Shown: positions 40,581-55,991 of the stretch, piece after piece | Layout of the letters: the number at the start of each line of letters is the position of its first letter | How positions within the stretch are numbered: position 1 is the first letter of the stretch | NCBI GenBank assembly: GCA_039096225.1 | Contig: JBBPEB010000034.1 | Span: 806,001-870,000 of the forward strand | Reading direction: 5' to 3' | From: Blastocystis sp. Blastoise | Taxonomy: Eukaryota > Protista > Bigyra: Opalinata | Length of the DNA: 64,000 nt | The notes under the pieces: model-generated | Database searches by the model: none | Seen by the model: only the letters and a program-made list of their open reading frames with translations | Told to the model about the DNA's origin: nothing | Translations under genes and position numbers: made by a program

Positions 40581-41807
40581 TCATATAAATACTGTTTGGA
40601 AAAACTAAATAAGAAATCAGTATTTAAAAAAGAAATATCTAAGACAAACTAAAAGATAATGTCCTTGTCGAGTGTTTTTTTCTAGTTAATTTCAAAAAAA
40701 AAACGTGAAAAAAGTCTTAAGGTTATTATTTTACTATTTATTTCTTTGGAGATGAGTTATAAACATTTAAAATCTGTTTCTATAGAGATAAATCCAATTT
40801 GTTTCCATATTAAACAGAGAAATTACTGGTTATAATAAGTCTTTAATTAATTAACTCGATTTTCTTAGTTAATTAAAAGCTTTTAAATGTTGGATATACA
40901 ATATTTGGTTTCAACAATAATTGATACATATTACAGAGCTATCCAGATTTTAGTTCTTTTATACCAATTGAACAACAAGGAGATGAAGTTTTATATTATT
41001 TAATAGTATTACCATTTTTTTTGTTATACGTATGAATATCTACTTGAACATGAAGAGATATAGCATTTAATAGTTCTTAGATTATTGTCTTTAGAAAAGT
41101 TTTCTTTGATAAAGCAATAAAAAGTGTTCTAATCAATATATATAAAGTGTTCTGAACATTAAAAAATATAATATAATAATTTTTTATCCTAAAAGAATTT
41201 ATTCTACAAATTGATTTCACAAATAACTATAATATTAAGAGTTGCTCAAAATATAATGAAATATAGTGCTTGTCTAACTAACTATGAGCATGTATATACA
41301 AGAATTCAATTGATTTGTGTAATAAAATAGTATAAAAAGAGATATAATAAAAGAGATAGACCGTATTCTGTAGACATATTGAAAATACTATTCAATATAA
41401 GAATATAGAAGAATAAATAGATCATAATTAATTAAATAATAGAATATAAACATATATATAATGTTACAAGAGTGTCTTATCGTTAGTTTTATTTATATAT
41501 ATATATATTATAGAATATATATAATAATAGAACTATATATCCCATCAAAGGTGATAACAACAATATCAACAAGAGTACATTCATTTGTTTTTTTAACTAT
41601 TTCTACTTGTGAACAATTATATATATATATATATTGCTTCTTTAAGAATGTATTCATATAATTTAGGTAACATATTATAGTATGTTCTTTCATTATTAGA
41701 ATGAAAATACTTATATGAATAGTTTTTATTTATTGGATAGAAATTTCATTATAACGATTCATTTCAGGCTTTGTAAAATAATGATAATTTTCTGAATTTT
41801 TTATTTA

Positions 41808-41890
41808 AAAATAATTCGAATAAAAAACAAATAATTTTGTGTGTTTTTAATTCTAAATAATTCGAATACAAAACAAATAATTTTCTTTGT
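41808..41890. repeat. Two-copy direct repeat (aaataattcgaata[a/c]aaaacaaataatttt) at the truncation point of pseudogene D
   Basis: Visible ~30-bp near-identical pair about 47 bp apart. Confidence 0.7.
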
Positions 41891-42830
41891 TTATATATTC
41901 ATTACTATTAGGATTCAATAATATATTCTTCTTTATATAATATGTTCTCACTATATATTTATGTTGACTATATTAAGCAAATATATATTGAATATATTAA
42001 GTAAATATATGTTGATTTTATTAAATATATATATATATACCAAGTATAGCAACTATACTTAATGAAGAGACTATATCTTTAATACATTTTGGACATATAT
42101 ATTCAAATGGAATACGATGAATATCATCTATATATAATAAATAAATCATATAATATAATTAATACAAAAAGCATTAAATATATATAACAGATAATATATT
42201 TATATACATCGAATAGTAACTTTAACAATAATTATTTTTTAAAAAGCAACGACGAATATAGTATCATCTTTTTGTTCTGATGTGTTTTTTATATTCTATT
42301 CACATATATATATGTATATTATTTGCAAATAACAATTAAAATGCTATCTAAATATATATTTTTATCACCAAAAAAAATAATTCCATGGGAATTCCTAATT
42401 TCATCTTTAAGCCAACAACACAAATAAAAAAAAATCATATATATATGTAATAAATCATTCTTGTAAACGAAATAATAAACCATCTTGTTTCATATCGTTC
42501 ATCTCGAATAAATATTCATAAAATATTATATATCTCATAACTATCTTGTAGATTTAAGGAGTTAATATGAATGTTATCATCCATCTATAAAAACACAATT
42601 ATTCATAGAGAATAATGAATATTCATGTTATAGCTTCAATCCACATATTTCTTAGAGTGCTGAGTAATATCATAAAAGGGTGATTCATGATGTCTCTCAA
42701 TGAATTCTATAGAAATCTATAATTTCGTCTCATCTTGTAATGTATACAAATCTAAAAGTACTGAGTGTTTCTCGTTCATATTCAGATGCATTTATAATCA
42801 ATGAAATGAAACTCAGCTATAGAAATCGAG
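41890..42830 (-). pseudogene. Truncated, decayed 5' fragment of the BTB-like/LRR-like family (copy D)
   Basis: Translates LYTLQDETKL*ISIEFIERHHESPFYDITQHSKKYVD*SY.., with DLQDSYEI, IPFEYICPKCIKDI and LNPNSNEY relics. Multiple stops and frameshifts, and the first donor is mutated to GC. Confidence 0.85.
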
Positions 42831-43251
42831 TCTAGTAACCAATAATTATATAAAGATCACAAAGATCATACTACTAAAATGACATCATTCACACCATATA
42901 GTCTTGTATCTTACAAATAATCTAAAATATGCTAGAATCTACATATGAATATAAACAAATATTCATTATTCAACTATATTTCTTTGTTTTGACAATTACA
43001 AAATTTTTTTTAGAGAATGACCTTTAAACCACAAGACTAAATAAATTAAGAAATACATCATACATAAAGAAAAACGAAGACAAAAAAATCCCTTGTTTTT
43101 TTTATAAAACTTCATTTCTTCTCTATTTTCAAACTTGTTTTCATGGGGAAGAAAGATAATGGATTAATTGCGAAATTAATTTTTTTAAAAGTATTCATCT
43201 ATATAAACCTTTTTTATTGATTTTTATTGTGTTTTATCTGATTTTTACTTC

Positions 43252-43811
43252 ATGAGCACACCTAATGATCATTCAGTAAAGGTATTTTTTATTCTTTTTT
43301 ATAAAATTGAAAATGTGTTTTCGTAGGAGTGCTTTCATCGAATTGATCGTCTATTATATGGTTATTCTGAGAAGACAAGTAAGTTAATTGTTATATAATT
43401 ACTAGATTGAATAATGTTTTTTAATAACTACAACATTTCTATTATTTATTCAAAATTTTATTAAATAACATGATATATTTATCATTTAGAAGCATCTATC
43501 AGGATGTCTACTGCAAACCAAAAGAGTATGAACAGTGTCTCTCGTTGCGCGTCTCCATTAACATTCAATCATTCTGATACAAGCACTAATAAAAGTAATT
43601 ATATGATTCTAATTTTAAATATTTTGTTATATTGTGTATAAACCATTATTTATAATCCTTATAGCAGCAAATATTGAGAAGAAAGGTAATGACAATTCTC
43701 CAAAAGTACTTTTACGCCATAAAAGTAGTCTCCGTGTAGCTACTCCACCTGAAGGTATATATATGTTTATATGCTATTATTATTATTAATATTTGTTTAT
43801 TATTATATTTG

Positions 43812-43863
<52 letters not shown>

Positions 43864-43957
43864 TTATTATAGATATTTTCAGTAGTGATACATCAGCATT
43901 TAAAATAGATCTTCAAGAAAAAGATCTTAATTGTATATATGTATTATTATTATTATG

Positions 43958-43995
<38 letters not shown>

Positions 43996-45169
43996 GTAGA
44001 AACCAATTTTGATTTTGTAAATTCATTATTAGATGACGCGTCATTACCGTTACTAGATTATACAGAATACCTTGTTTCTGGGACAAAATATGTATATATA
44101 TATTTATTTATTTATTTATTTATTACTTTATTTCTGTACATATTTTCTAAATATATATTATATATAGTTGTTAACATATATAAAAGATATATGTACGAAT
44201 TATAAAGAACGTGAACATATTATAAAGAATTTAATTATATATAAAGAATATTCACAAGATATACCTTTATATATAAATATGAAAAAACAAGAATATAAAG
44301 AGAAAACAGGAATAGAAATGTCTTCTACTCTTATTGGTCAATATACCTCTTATAATATATATAAAGAAGCTATGGATAATGTTTATACACCAAAAGTATA
44401 TATATATTATTTATCTATTATTTTATTTTAGTATATTCGTTTTTTATATTACATTCTATCCTATATATATATATAGAACACGATAAATAGTGTTCAAAAA
44501 CCCTCAAATTCATTTCAACCTCAATCAACAGAAACTCCACAAATTATTGAAAAATACCAAACACAATTACAAGAGTTAGAAACACAAATAATCACGGTTA
44601 AACAAGATTTTGATCAACAAAATGAAATGGTATATATTATATTTATATTTATTATATTTATTATTTATTATATTTATAATATTTATTATATTTATATTTA
44701 TTATATTTATTATTATTCTATAGATAACAAATATGCGAAAGACGTTAAAGTCGTACAATGGTGAGGATATCGTACAATGTGTAAACCAATTATTACAGGA
44801 CTGTGAGATTCATAAACAACAATGTGCCCTTCAACAAAAACTATTAAATATATTGTATATATATATATGTATATATATATATATTAAATTTATTTAATAT
44901 AGTTATATTTATATTTAATTAGTATAACTATAATAATATATATATATAGGGATTTAGATTCTATTAATATGTCTACAATACAAAAATGTCAAGAAATGAG
45001 CATATTATTAAAAGAACAAACAAGTTATAAACAAAAATATAATGTATATATAATGTTTATATATAATAAAAAAAATATATATATATAGTCATTAATTAAT
45101 AATTTATCCTTTCAACTCAATCAACGATTGGATAAATATCCAAAGAATATTCTAAAAGAAGATGAAGTA

Positions 45170-45222
<53 letters not shown>

Positions 45223-45894
45223 TTATTATTATTATTATATATTTATTATTATTATTATATATTTATTATTATTCTATATAGATATTACAAGATATATATA
45301 ATTTAATTGATATGGAACGACTTATTACAAATAAAAAACAAAATTATAATAATATTAATATAGATATAGCTTTATCAAATTCTAAAGATATTTATCATAA
45401 ATATGAGTTAAATAACCGCGGGGATCTCTTATTTTCCAGTCAATCCAATACTACTTCACCAACATCAACATCTTCTCAAAATATGGATAATAACCGCGGG
45501 GATTCCATTCAAAATCAAATGATTTCTTATACTAGTAATATGTCACCAAAATATATTGAAGAATATATATTATGTTTAAGAATTTTAAGCTTTATTCAGA
45601 AATGTTTTAATATTGATACCATTCAAGACATGTATATTAATAGTATTATTTATTCTATTTATATATTATTCTATTTATATATATTCTATTTATGTATTAT
45701 TTTATATTATAATATTATATATTATTATAATAAATATATATATGAATAGTGTTCCTACTATTTCTTATTTGTCCAATCAATTGAGTCAAAATGATTTAAT
45801 ATTAAAACAAATAAAGAATTATTTTAATATTAACGTTTTATCACCAAATAAAGAAATTTTAAAGAAATTACCGCTATATATATCAAAACAATAA
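43252..45894 (+). CDS. Hypothetical multi-exon protein with probable coiled-coil region
   Basis: MSTPNDHSVK|ECFHRIDRLLYGYSEK.. followed by a series of GT-AG-bounded exons with Q/E/K/L-rich heptad-like segments. No family recognised. Confidence 0.6.
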
Positions 45895-46186
45895 TTATTA
45901 TTATTATAACTTTATAATAAATATTAATATATTATATATATACCTATATTTATATAATATTATATGCTATAATAATGTTTCTCTTGTTTTTTTTTGTCAT
46001 TATTGTTCATTATATATATATATATATTCATATATATAATCATTTCTTCATCTATAATTATCTTTATTTAAATGTCTTTTATTCAACTATACATATAAAT
46101 TAATATATATGTATATAATAAAGCAAGTTATTTTCTTTGTCAACTGCTTTTTATTTTATATTACTATTTATTTATTATTTTATTCT

Positions 46187-46217
<31 letters not shown>

Positions 46218-46619
46218 TTTCATTCTATATTTATTAATATATATAATTATTTTGTTTCATTTTTATTTCAATAACCTCTCTGATTTATTATAGCATTATT
46301 TATTCTATATATATAATGTATTCTTTTAATATTACTTTTTATTTTTAGAATATTATATTTTATAATGTTATAAATAAATATATTCTAATCTTTTAATTTT
46401 TCTTTTTTTCTTTTTTCATTTATTAAAAAGTAATATAAATCCATCTTTTTAATTATTTTGATATTTATTCATTTCTTTTTCTTTATACTATTTCTCATGC
46501 GTTGTGTATTTCCTTTATATATACATGTATATATATTATTTCTTTTTCCTTATATATATATGTTTATTTATATTGTAATTGTTCTATTTTTATTTATATA
46601 TTAACTTTTCTCTCTTGTA

Positions 46620-46623
<4 letters not shown>

Positions 46624-46687
<64 letters not shown>
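46624..46687. repeat. (AT)n microsatellite in the gene-free interval
   Basis: Directly visible uninterrupted AT run. Confidence 0.95.
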
Positions 46688-46690
<3 letters not shown>

Positions 46691-47404
46691 ATCTCAATAA
46701 TAGCTAACTTTATATTATATTCACAAATGTATTTTCTTATTTTCACAAATTATATATTTTTATATTCACATATTATATATTTTTATATTCACAAATTATT
46801 ATTCTAGGATATTATATATATATATATCAATTTTTATATACACACTTTTCTTTTTTGGTTTTTACTATCAATATATTTATATAATTTTTTTATATAATTA
46901 TTTTTCTTCTTTTTTTTCATATTTTTTTTTTATTGACTTTTTTATTCAATTTTTAAAGTCAATGTAGTATATTGTCATAATAGAATCGATTTTTTGTTCT
47001 TATATATATTTTTTATTGTTATATTTATTTTATATTTCTTTTAATTTTTCTTTTATTTATCATTAAATGATATATATATATATATTGTCTTTGCCTGTAC
47101 AATTATCATAATGTATCCTTATTCAATCTTCTTCTATATATATATCTATAATTAATAATTATTTCATTATATTGTTATTCATATATATATAACAATTCTC
47201 CAATAATTGAATTATTTTCAACAATTTTTAGTATTTATTCTTTTTATTATTGTCATCAATCTCTATACTCTATACTCTATAATAATTATTACATATATAT
47301 ACATATTATATTAATAGCAACTATAATATATATATATATATATTTAGTATTCAAGATATTTACATTTATTAAATTAGTATACTCTATTAATAATATTCAT
47401 CATT

Positions 47405-47436
<32 letters not shown>

Positions 47437-48865
47437 ATATATTCAAAGAATTCTATTTTTTTTATTTTCATTTAGATATTTCTATTTTGCATGTATTCAT
47501 TTTTATATACTTTCGTTATTTTTAAAACTATTCTTTGATTCTATATTTATATATAAATGTATATAATAAATGTCATTTCTATTTATATATATATTACTCT
47601 TTTCATTAACATTTTTTTTTCAGTTTCATTTTATTTCTTATAACTTCTCATCTTATATATAAATATTTCTTTGTTGTCTTGACAATTTTTTATATAGTTG
47701 TTTAACAATAAAGATTATTATTATATATACTCTTTCTCTGAATAGGCAAGTTTTTTTTCATATATAAATATAAAAATTATTTCAACACATTATCGTTTAT
47801 TTTATTTTTATAAAGAAAAACAACTTTTTTTTTTATTATTTATTTATTTATATTCATTACAACTTTATACCAAAACTACCTTATTTTTATATGCATTACT
47901 ACTCTACTACCTATTCCTTATAAGATTTACATATATATATATTAATTATTTTACTACATTTCATGTATTCATCTATTTCTTTGTTTAATAATAAAACACG
48001 CTATTAATACAATTATACACTTGATACTTTTAATGAATGATTATTCTTCCTTTTTGATCACCTTAACAACTTTTCTCAATTCGATTTTATTATATACATT
48101 TTTTAAATTTATTTTATACATAAAGAATTCATTTGCTGTTATTATACTAAATCATTCCATTATTTCAATTACTTCATTAAGAAAAGCTTATTCTTTTCTT
48201 ATATATAACTTTCAAATACTTTAAATAGTTACTTTCTTGTGTTCATGTGAAACATTTTATGTATTAGAATACTATATTGATAATCTAAAGAATTCAATCT
48301 AATATTTCATCCATTTTTTTTAATAAAAAAGAACTTACAATATATATTACTAACCGAAAAAGAAAGAAATAAAACAATTATCTTGTTTTTTGTTCATGTC
48401 ATTGTAATAAGCACTTAAAATAAACTTGTATAGTATATTAGACATGTTTTCTGTATATCTCTAGAGTTTTTATTATCATTATAACCTATATAAAAATGTG
48501 ATTGTTCAATTTGTATTGATATTAAAAATATATATTAATAAAAAATTATATACATACCTACAGGATCACAATAAGGTATTTTTTTTTTAATTATAAATAA
48601 AAATATTAATACTGTTCAATTTAAGAATGTAAAAAAATGTTTATTGAAAAAACCGAGAAACTTATTTATATAATTTTTATCTTTCTTCACAAAAATATAT
48701 TTTATTGGGGATCTATAGTTTTAAGATTCTTACAATATACTTCGTTCAATCTACAATGAAAGGGATCAATTAATTATGTCAAATAGCTCAATATGATACT
48801 CAATTGACTTTCATTTCATCTTAGATTGACGTATTACATATTTATTATACTTAAAAAAGCATTGA

Positions 48866-49554
48866 ATGAATAAGACACTACTATTATTATTCCTGTTTCT
48901 CATTGTAAGTTGTAATCAGGTAATGGATTGTGGTGATATTCATACGTTGATGCATTTTAATAATGTAACACTATCTGAAATATATCCTGGAAAAATAACA
49001 ACTCTTCATTCTGGGTCATCTGTCTTAAATGAAGTGATTCAAGGTGGTTCATTATTTTTTGAAGCATTACTCAATGGTGTATATATTTTTTCTATATAGA
49101 GTCTTACTTATCTATATATACTAAAATTTAAATATATTAAAATCCTATTTATATTGATTTTTAAGAAAAAACAACATATATATATAAATCTATTTAGAAA
49201 TCAACAGGAAAGCCAAAAGAGTTAAATCTTTGTGAAGAATCTCATTTTGATTTCTTCTTTAAAACAGGATTTGTACATTCATATGGTCATTTATGTCCTA
49301 CAAATAGTACTTGGACAGATACTATTATTGATATCAAATTACCTTCTTTTATTCCTCCTGTATATATAGTTATTTATATAATATAATATATTCTATATGT
49401 ATAAATTTTTTTGGATAAATATATTATTTAGTTTATGAATAGATTAATATATAATCATATATATATATAATAGGGAAAATATATATTAATAAGTCGAGGT
49501 GTAACACTTGAAGGAAAAGATGCTTTTTGTTTAAAAATGAATTGGGTTTATTAA
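48866..49554 (+). CDS. Secreted ML-domain (MD-2/NPC2-like) lipid-binding protein, 3 exons
   Basis: Signal peptide MNKTLLLLFLFLIVSC, then DCG, LNLCE..LCP, IKLPSFIPP|GKY and terminal AFCLKMNWVY. The Cys spacing and P..IP.G.Y motif are typical of ML domains. Confidence 0.85.
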
Positions 49555-49787
49555 TAATAGTTATGTATATATACTATTTATTCGATTATATATATTTAAA
49601 AAAAAAGATTTATGAATATCATCTAGTGATTAGTTTACATAAAGTATTTGATTAATAAAAAACCAAACAAAACTATTCATAAATAATTACGAATAACAAC
49701 AAATAAATAATATTAATTAAAAAAAAAAAAACAATATATATGTTAACACACATAAAGAAAAAAAATCATAATATATATAAATAGAAA

Positions 49788-51935
<2,148 letters not shown>

Positions 51936-52191
51936 TATTATTTTTGCAACAATAAGTAAATGTTAATAGAAGATAGAAATACCTTTTTAAAAATTGTTGG
52001 TTTTTGGAGATATTCATAAAAATATCATTTATTCAAGTCATTCTTTCAAATTTTCTATGTTTTTATTTATTTTATAACAGTTATTCTTATTTCTTGCTTT
52101 AGAGCCTTTGCTTTTGAAAATTTTTACGTTCACGAACAATTGAATATTTATTATAATAGAATTAACTTGGAATAATCTTGTTCTTTCAAAA

Positions 52192-53096
52192 ATGAATAAT
52201 TCTAATCTTATCAATAATGAAAATGTACCTTCTGAAACAGCATCAAAAAATATGAAAAGTTGTGTAGAAAATAAAAAGATCAAAGGAATTGTTTTTCTAG
52301 ATAAAGAGTATGTTTTTTAAAAATTATTATTATTATTTTCTTTATGTCTTATTAATTTTTTTTATAATATTATAGAGTGAATGTAGAATTCAATAATAAG
52401 GATTGTTCTATGTATCAATTGGCTCGTTCTTGGGTTCAAAATGATATGGATAGAGTATTTTATTAACAGTATTGTTTTCTTATAGTGTTTCATTGTATTT
52501 CATTTGAATCAATTTATGGATTACCATGTGAAGACATATATATTTATATAGAATAAGTATACTACCTATTTTCATCCTTCTGAAGAGACTTCAGGTGATT
52601 TATATATAAATAAAGAAGATGATTTTCATGAATTGTTGAATACTATTAATAAAACAGATAATAATAGTGTATATATATATATTATTTATTGTAAATTGTA
52701 TAAATATATAGTTATTTATTGGAGGCGAATCTATTCCTAATAATATATTACTACAATCAACAGTATATAAATTTGAAATGATTAAACAAATGTATATATA
52801 TATATATATATTTATTATTCATTTTTTTTTTGTGAATATTTGAAAAATTTTATTATTATACTATTTAATATATATATATAGAAAATCAGATTATTTAAAG
52901 AAGAAAAGACAGAATCATTATAAGAAGATGCTAAAAGAACCTTTATTGGCAACTAAGAGTAATCAGAGTAGTTGTAATAATATTATGAATACTATTGCTA
53001 ATGATAATAATGATATTAATGATGATAAAGAGGATAAAGAGGATAATAATAAAGATAATAAAGATGATAATAATAAAGATGATAATCCTAAAAATG

Positions 53097-53138
<42 letters not shown>

Positions 53139-53152
53139 TATCAAAAAATTGA
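52192..53152 (+). CDS. LIN37-like protein (MuvB/DREAM subunit family) with an Asn/Asp-rich tail
   Basis: FLDKE|VNVEFNNKDCSMYQLARSWVQND resembles LIN37 LFDRSVDL..F....LY..CR.W.RN. The later helix LLQSTVYKFEMIKQIKSDYLKKKRQNHY resembles the LIN37 C-terminal helix. Confidence 0.55.
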
Positions 53153-53662
53153 TAATTCTTCACTGAATACAAAAAATATCTTTATATACTATAAACAATA
53201 ATAAAATTACTTCTATACGTATTGAGACTAGCAGTATTATAGATAAACAATGAGTTTATTAATTATACAATATATATTATTATATTTCAACTAATTTCTT
53301 TCATTACAACAACTGATGTTTCTAATAGTGATATTCATTCTTAATATACCATATTATTCATTTATCTCTTTTTATTTATGTAATTCTTCTTTATCTTTAA
53401 TTAATTAATTATTGAATACTTTGTGGCTATAATTTATAAGAATAAAAGTTTGCAAGTCTATATATATATTTCAATTGTTTGTTTCATTATTTCATGTTTG
53501 TAATAACTTATTATTAAGTAAATAGTTGTTTTTAATTTTGTTTTAAGAATAATTTTGAAGATAAAACATAATTGTAAAAAATATTTTAAACAAAAAAAAA
53601 AAGAAAAGAAAAAGAATATAATAAATAACAAACAAATAGAAAACAAAAAAAAAACAATATAA

Positions 53663-55117
53663 TTATGTTACAACAAGTTTACGACTTAAAGAACGTTCAG
53701 TCTAAATAGAATACATATAAATAAAAATATATAATGTATATAATAAATATATATATACATTCTGACAACAAAATGAATCTGACAGAACTCCAATAAAATA
53801 TTTTCCTATACCCAGAAGCATACCATTTATTACTCCCTATAAGAGATTATATATATATATATATATACATTAGTTAATTTTTAATAAAATTTGACAATAA
53901 AAAAAAAGAAATTATAGAGTGAAGAATATATATATATATACATATAATGGAATAACAATATTGCCATAGATATTGAGTTCAGAAGGAAATGTTAATGTTA
54001 ATTGTGTATATTCATTAATAATCATAAATATATTTCTTACTAGGTCAGGTGAGAAAAAAATATAAAACATAAAGAAATGACTATATAAATAAAATAATAA
54101 TAATAAATAAAAAAAATAATAGTTAAAAAATAATAATTATAGCTAAAAAATAACTATAATAAATCAAATAATAATACCTAAAAAATAACTATAATAAATC
54201 AAATAATAAGAGTTAAAAAACAATAATAATAAATATAATACTTACGAATAAATTCTAAATTGAATATGTGGAATTTTTCGATCTCCAGAATACCATAAAG
54301 AAATAAGTGAAAAAAACTATAAAAAATATATATATATATTTATATAAACTTACAATGAATATAATATAAATAAAAAGAATAAAAAAACATACAGTAATAC
54401 ATAAATGTGAGATTATTACAGGAATATAAAAAGAAGAAAGAGCATAAATTGGTGTATTTGATCCAATCCAGTATCTATAGAATAAAGAAGGGAATCATTT
54501 ATCAAAAAAAAAAAAACAGAATAACAATATATACACTAGATTATGATAATTGAACCCTATTCCATAGAGATAATCGAATATTCCAAGATTTATAATCATA
54601 AACAATGGAAAGATAAGCGCTATCCATTTAAAAGGAACATGTTTTGGAGGATATTCACAATTAACGTAAAGCGTATATCTAAAAGTTATAAAATATAAAT
54701 AAGATAATTTCACACAACTTAGTATATAATATAGCATATAAAACAAATAAAATCATAAATAAATACAAAACATAGACATTGTGAATTTCCCAACAACATG
54801 AAGAGAGATAGAAAAATTGAAACGAATAAGCCTATATAAAGTATAATCATAAAAAAACGAGAAATAAATCAATGTAATACAATAATTCGTTGAAATAATT
54901 CATTTTCAAAAGAAAAGTAGATTTTATTAAGTACGCAAATGAGATATAATGTAGTTACAGCAAAATCTGAAAGAAAAGAGTAGATGAAATCGTGTCTTGT
55001 TTTGACTTGTAACTGTCTATTACAAAACCATGTCAGTATCATGAATAAAGAAAACAACCATGACAATATGCCTACGACCCCATAAATCAATAACATACTG
55101 AAATTGATTTCTTCCAT
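53663..55117 (-). CDS. Seven-transmembrane GPCR-like protein (cAMP-receptor/GCR1-like)
   Basis: About seven hydrophobic segments over eight exons. Motifs GILSWLFSLFMILTW, SFLSDF, QFFYLSSCCW and PLY|GVING resemble the Dicty-CAR/GCR1 family. Confidence 0.65.
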
Positions 55118-55238
55118 GTGGTTATCGCAATAATTCAAAAAAACATCAAAAACAACTTTTCTTCTTCGTGTAATATAATGTTTAATGGAATTATTACAAG
55201 TTTAATACTCAACTAGTCATATAAGAATTAATATACAA

Positions 55239-55312
55239 GCTCGCATGGCCCAATTGGATAAGGCATCTGCCTACGGAGCAGGAGATTGTGGGTTCAAGTC
55301 CCGCTGTGAGCT
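55239..55312 (+). tRNA. tRNA-Arg (anticodon ACG)
   Basis: Acceptor stem GCTCGCA/TGTGAGC, D-arm TGGCCCAATTGGATAAGGC, anticodon arm TCTGC-CT-ACG-GA-GCAGG, T-arm GTGGG-TTCAAGT-CCCGC. A T-run (Pol III terminator) follows at 55317-55321. Confidence 0.97.
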
Positions 55313-55572
55313 ATTCTTTTTATTTATAAAATTATTTTTGTAGTAATGAAAATAAAATTTATAAAAGGAGTATTAGATTATTTTTTATTTGGTAACGAAG
55401 AGCATAACAAAATGATTGATTTATTTTTAATAAACATCGTGATGAGCTAGAAACGTAAGTATATATACAGAAAAAAGGAGAAGAGTAAAAAAGAAATAGA
55501 GAAGAATAATGATATACAATAATAATTTCTTTATATATATATAATTGTGTATATAAATAATAATTAGTATAT

Positions 55573-55953
55573 TTATTCAGAGTCTGAAGAATCAGAAGAT
55601 TGTTCTTCTTCAGCAATCTTATTCTTTGCCCATTGAACTAATTCAGCACTATATATATTAATAGTGTTATTATTTAGATGTATTATTAAGAATATATTGT
55701 AGGATAATAAATATATATAATATATATATCTAAATACGTCTTTTCAGGAGTAACACGAACAAATTTATGATCTGTACTGTCACTAACTACACCAAGTTCA
55801 ATTTCATAAGGTTTCTTTGAATCAACATGTAATTGACATAACATATGTGTAACCCATTGTAATACTTCATCACAAGTTTTTTCTGTTAAATTTAATTTAT
55901 CAATTGATGCTTTACAGGCTTGTCTTCCTTTACCAAGGGAATCTGCAAAATGT

Positions 55954-55991
<38 letters not shown>

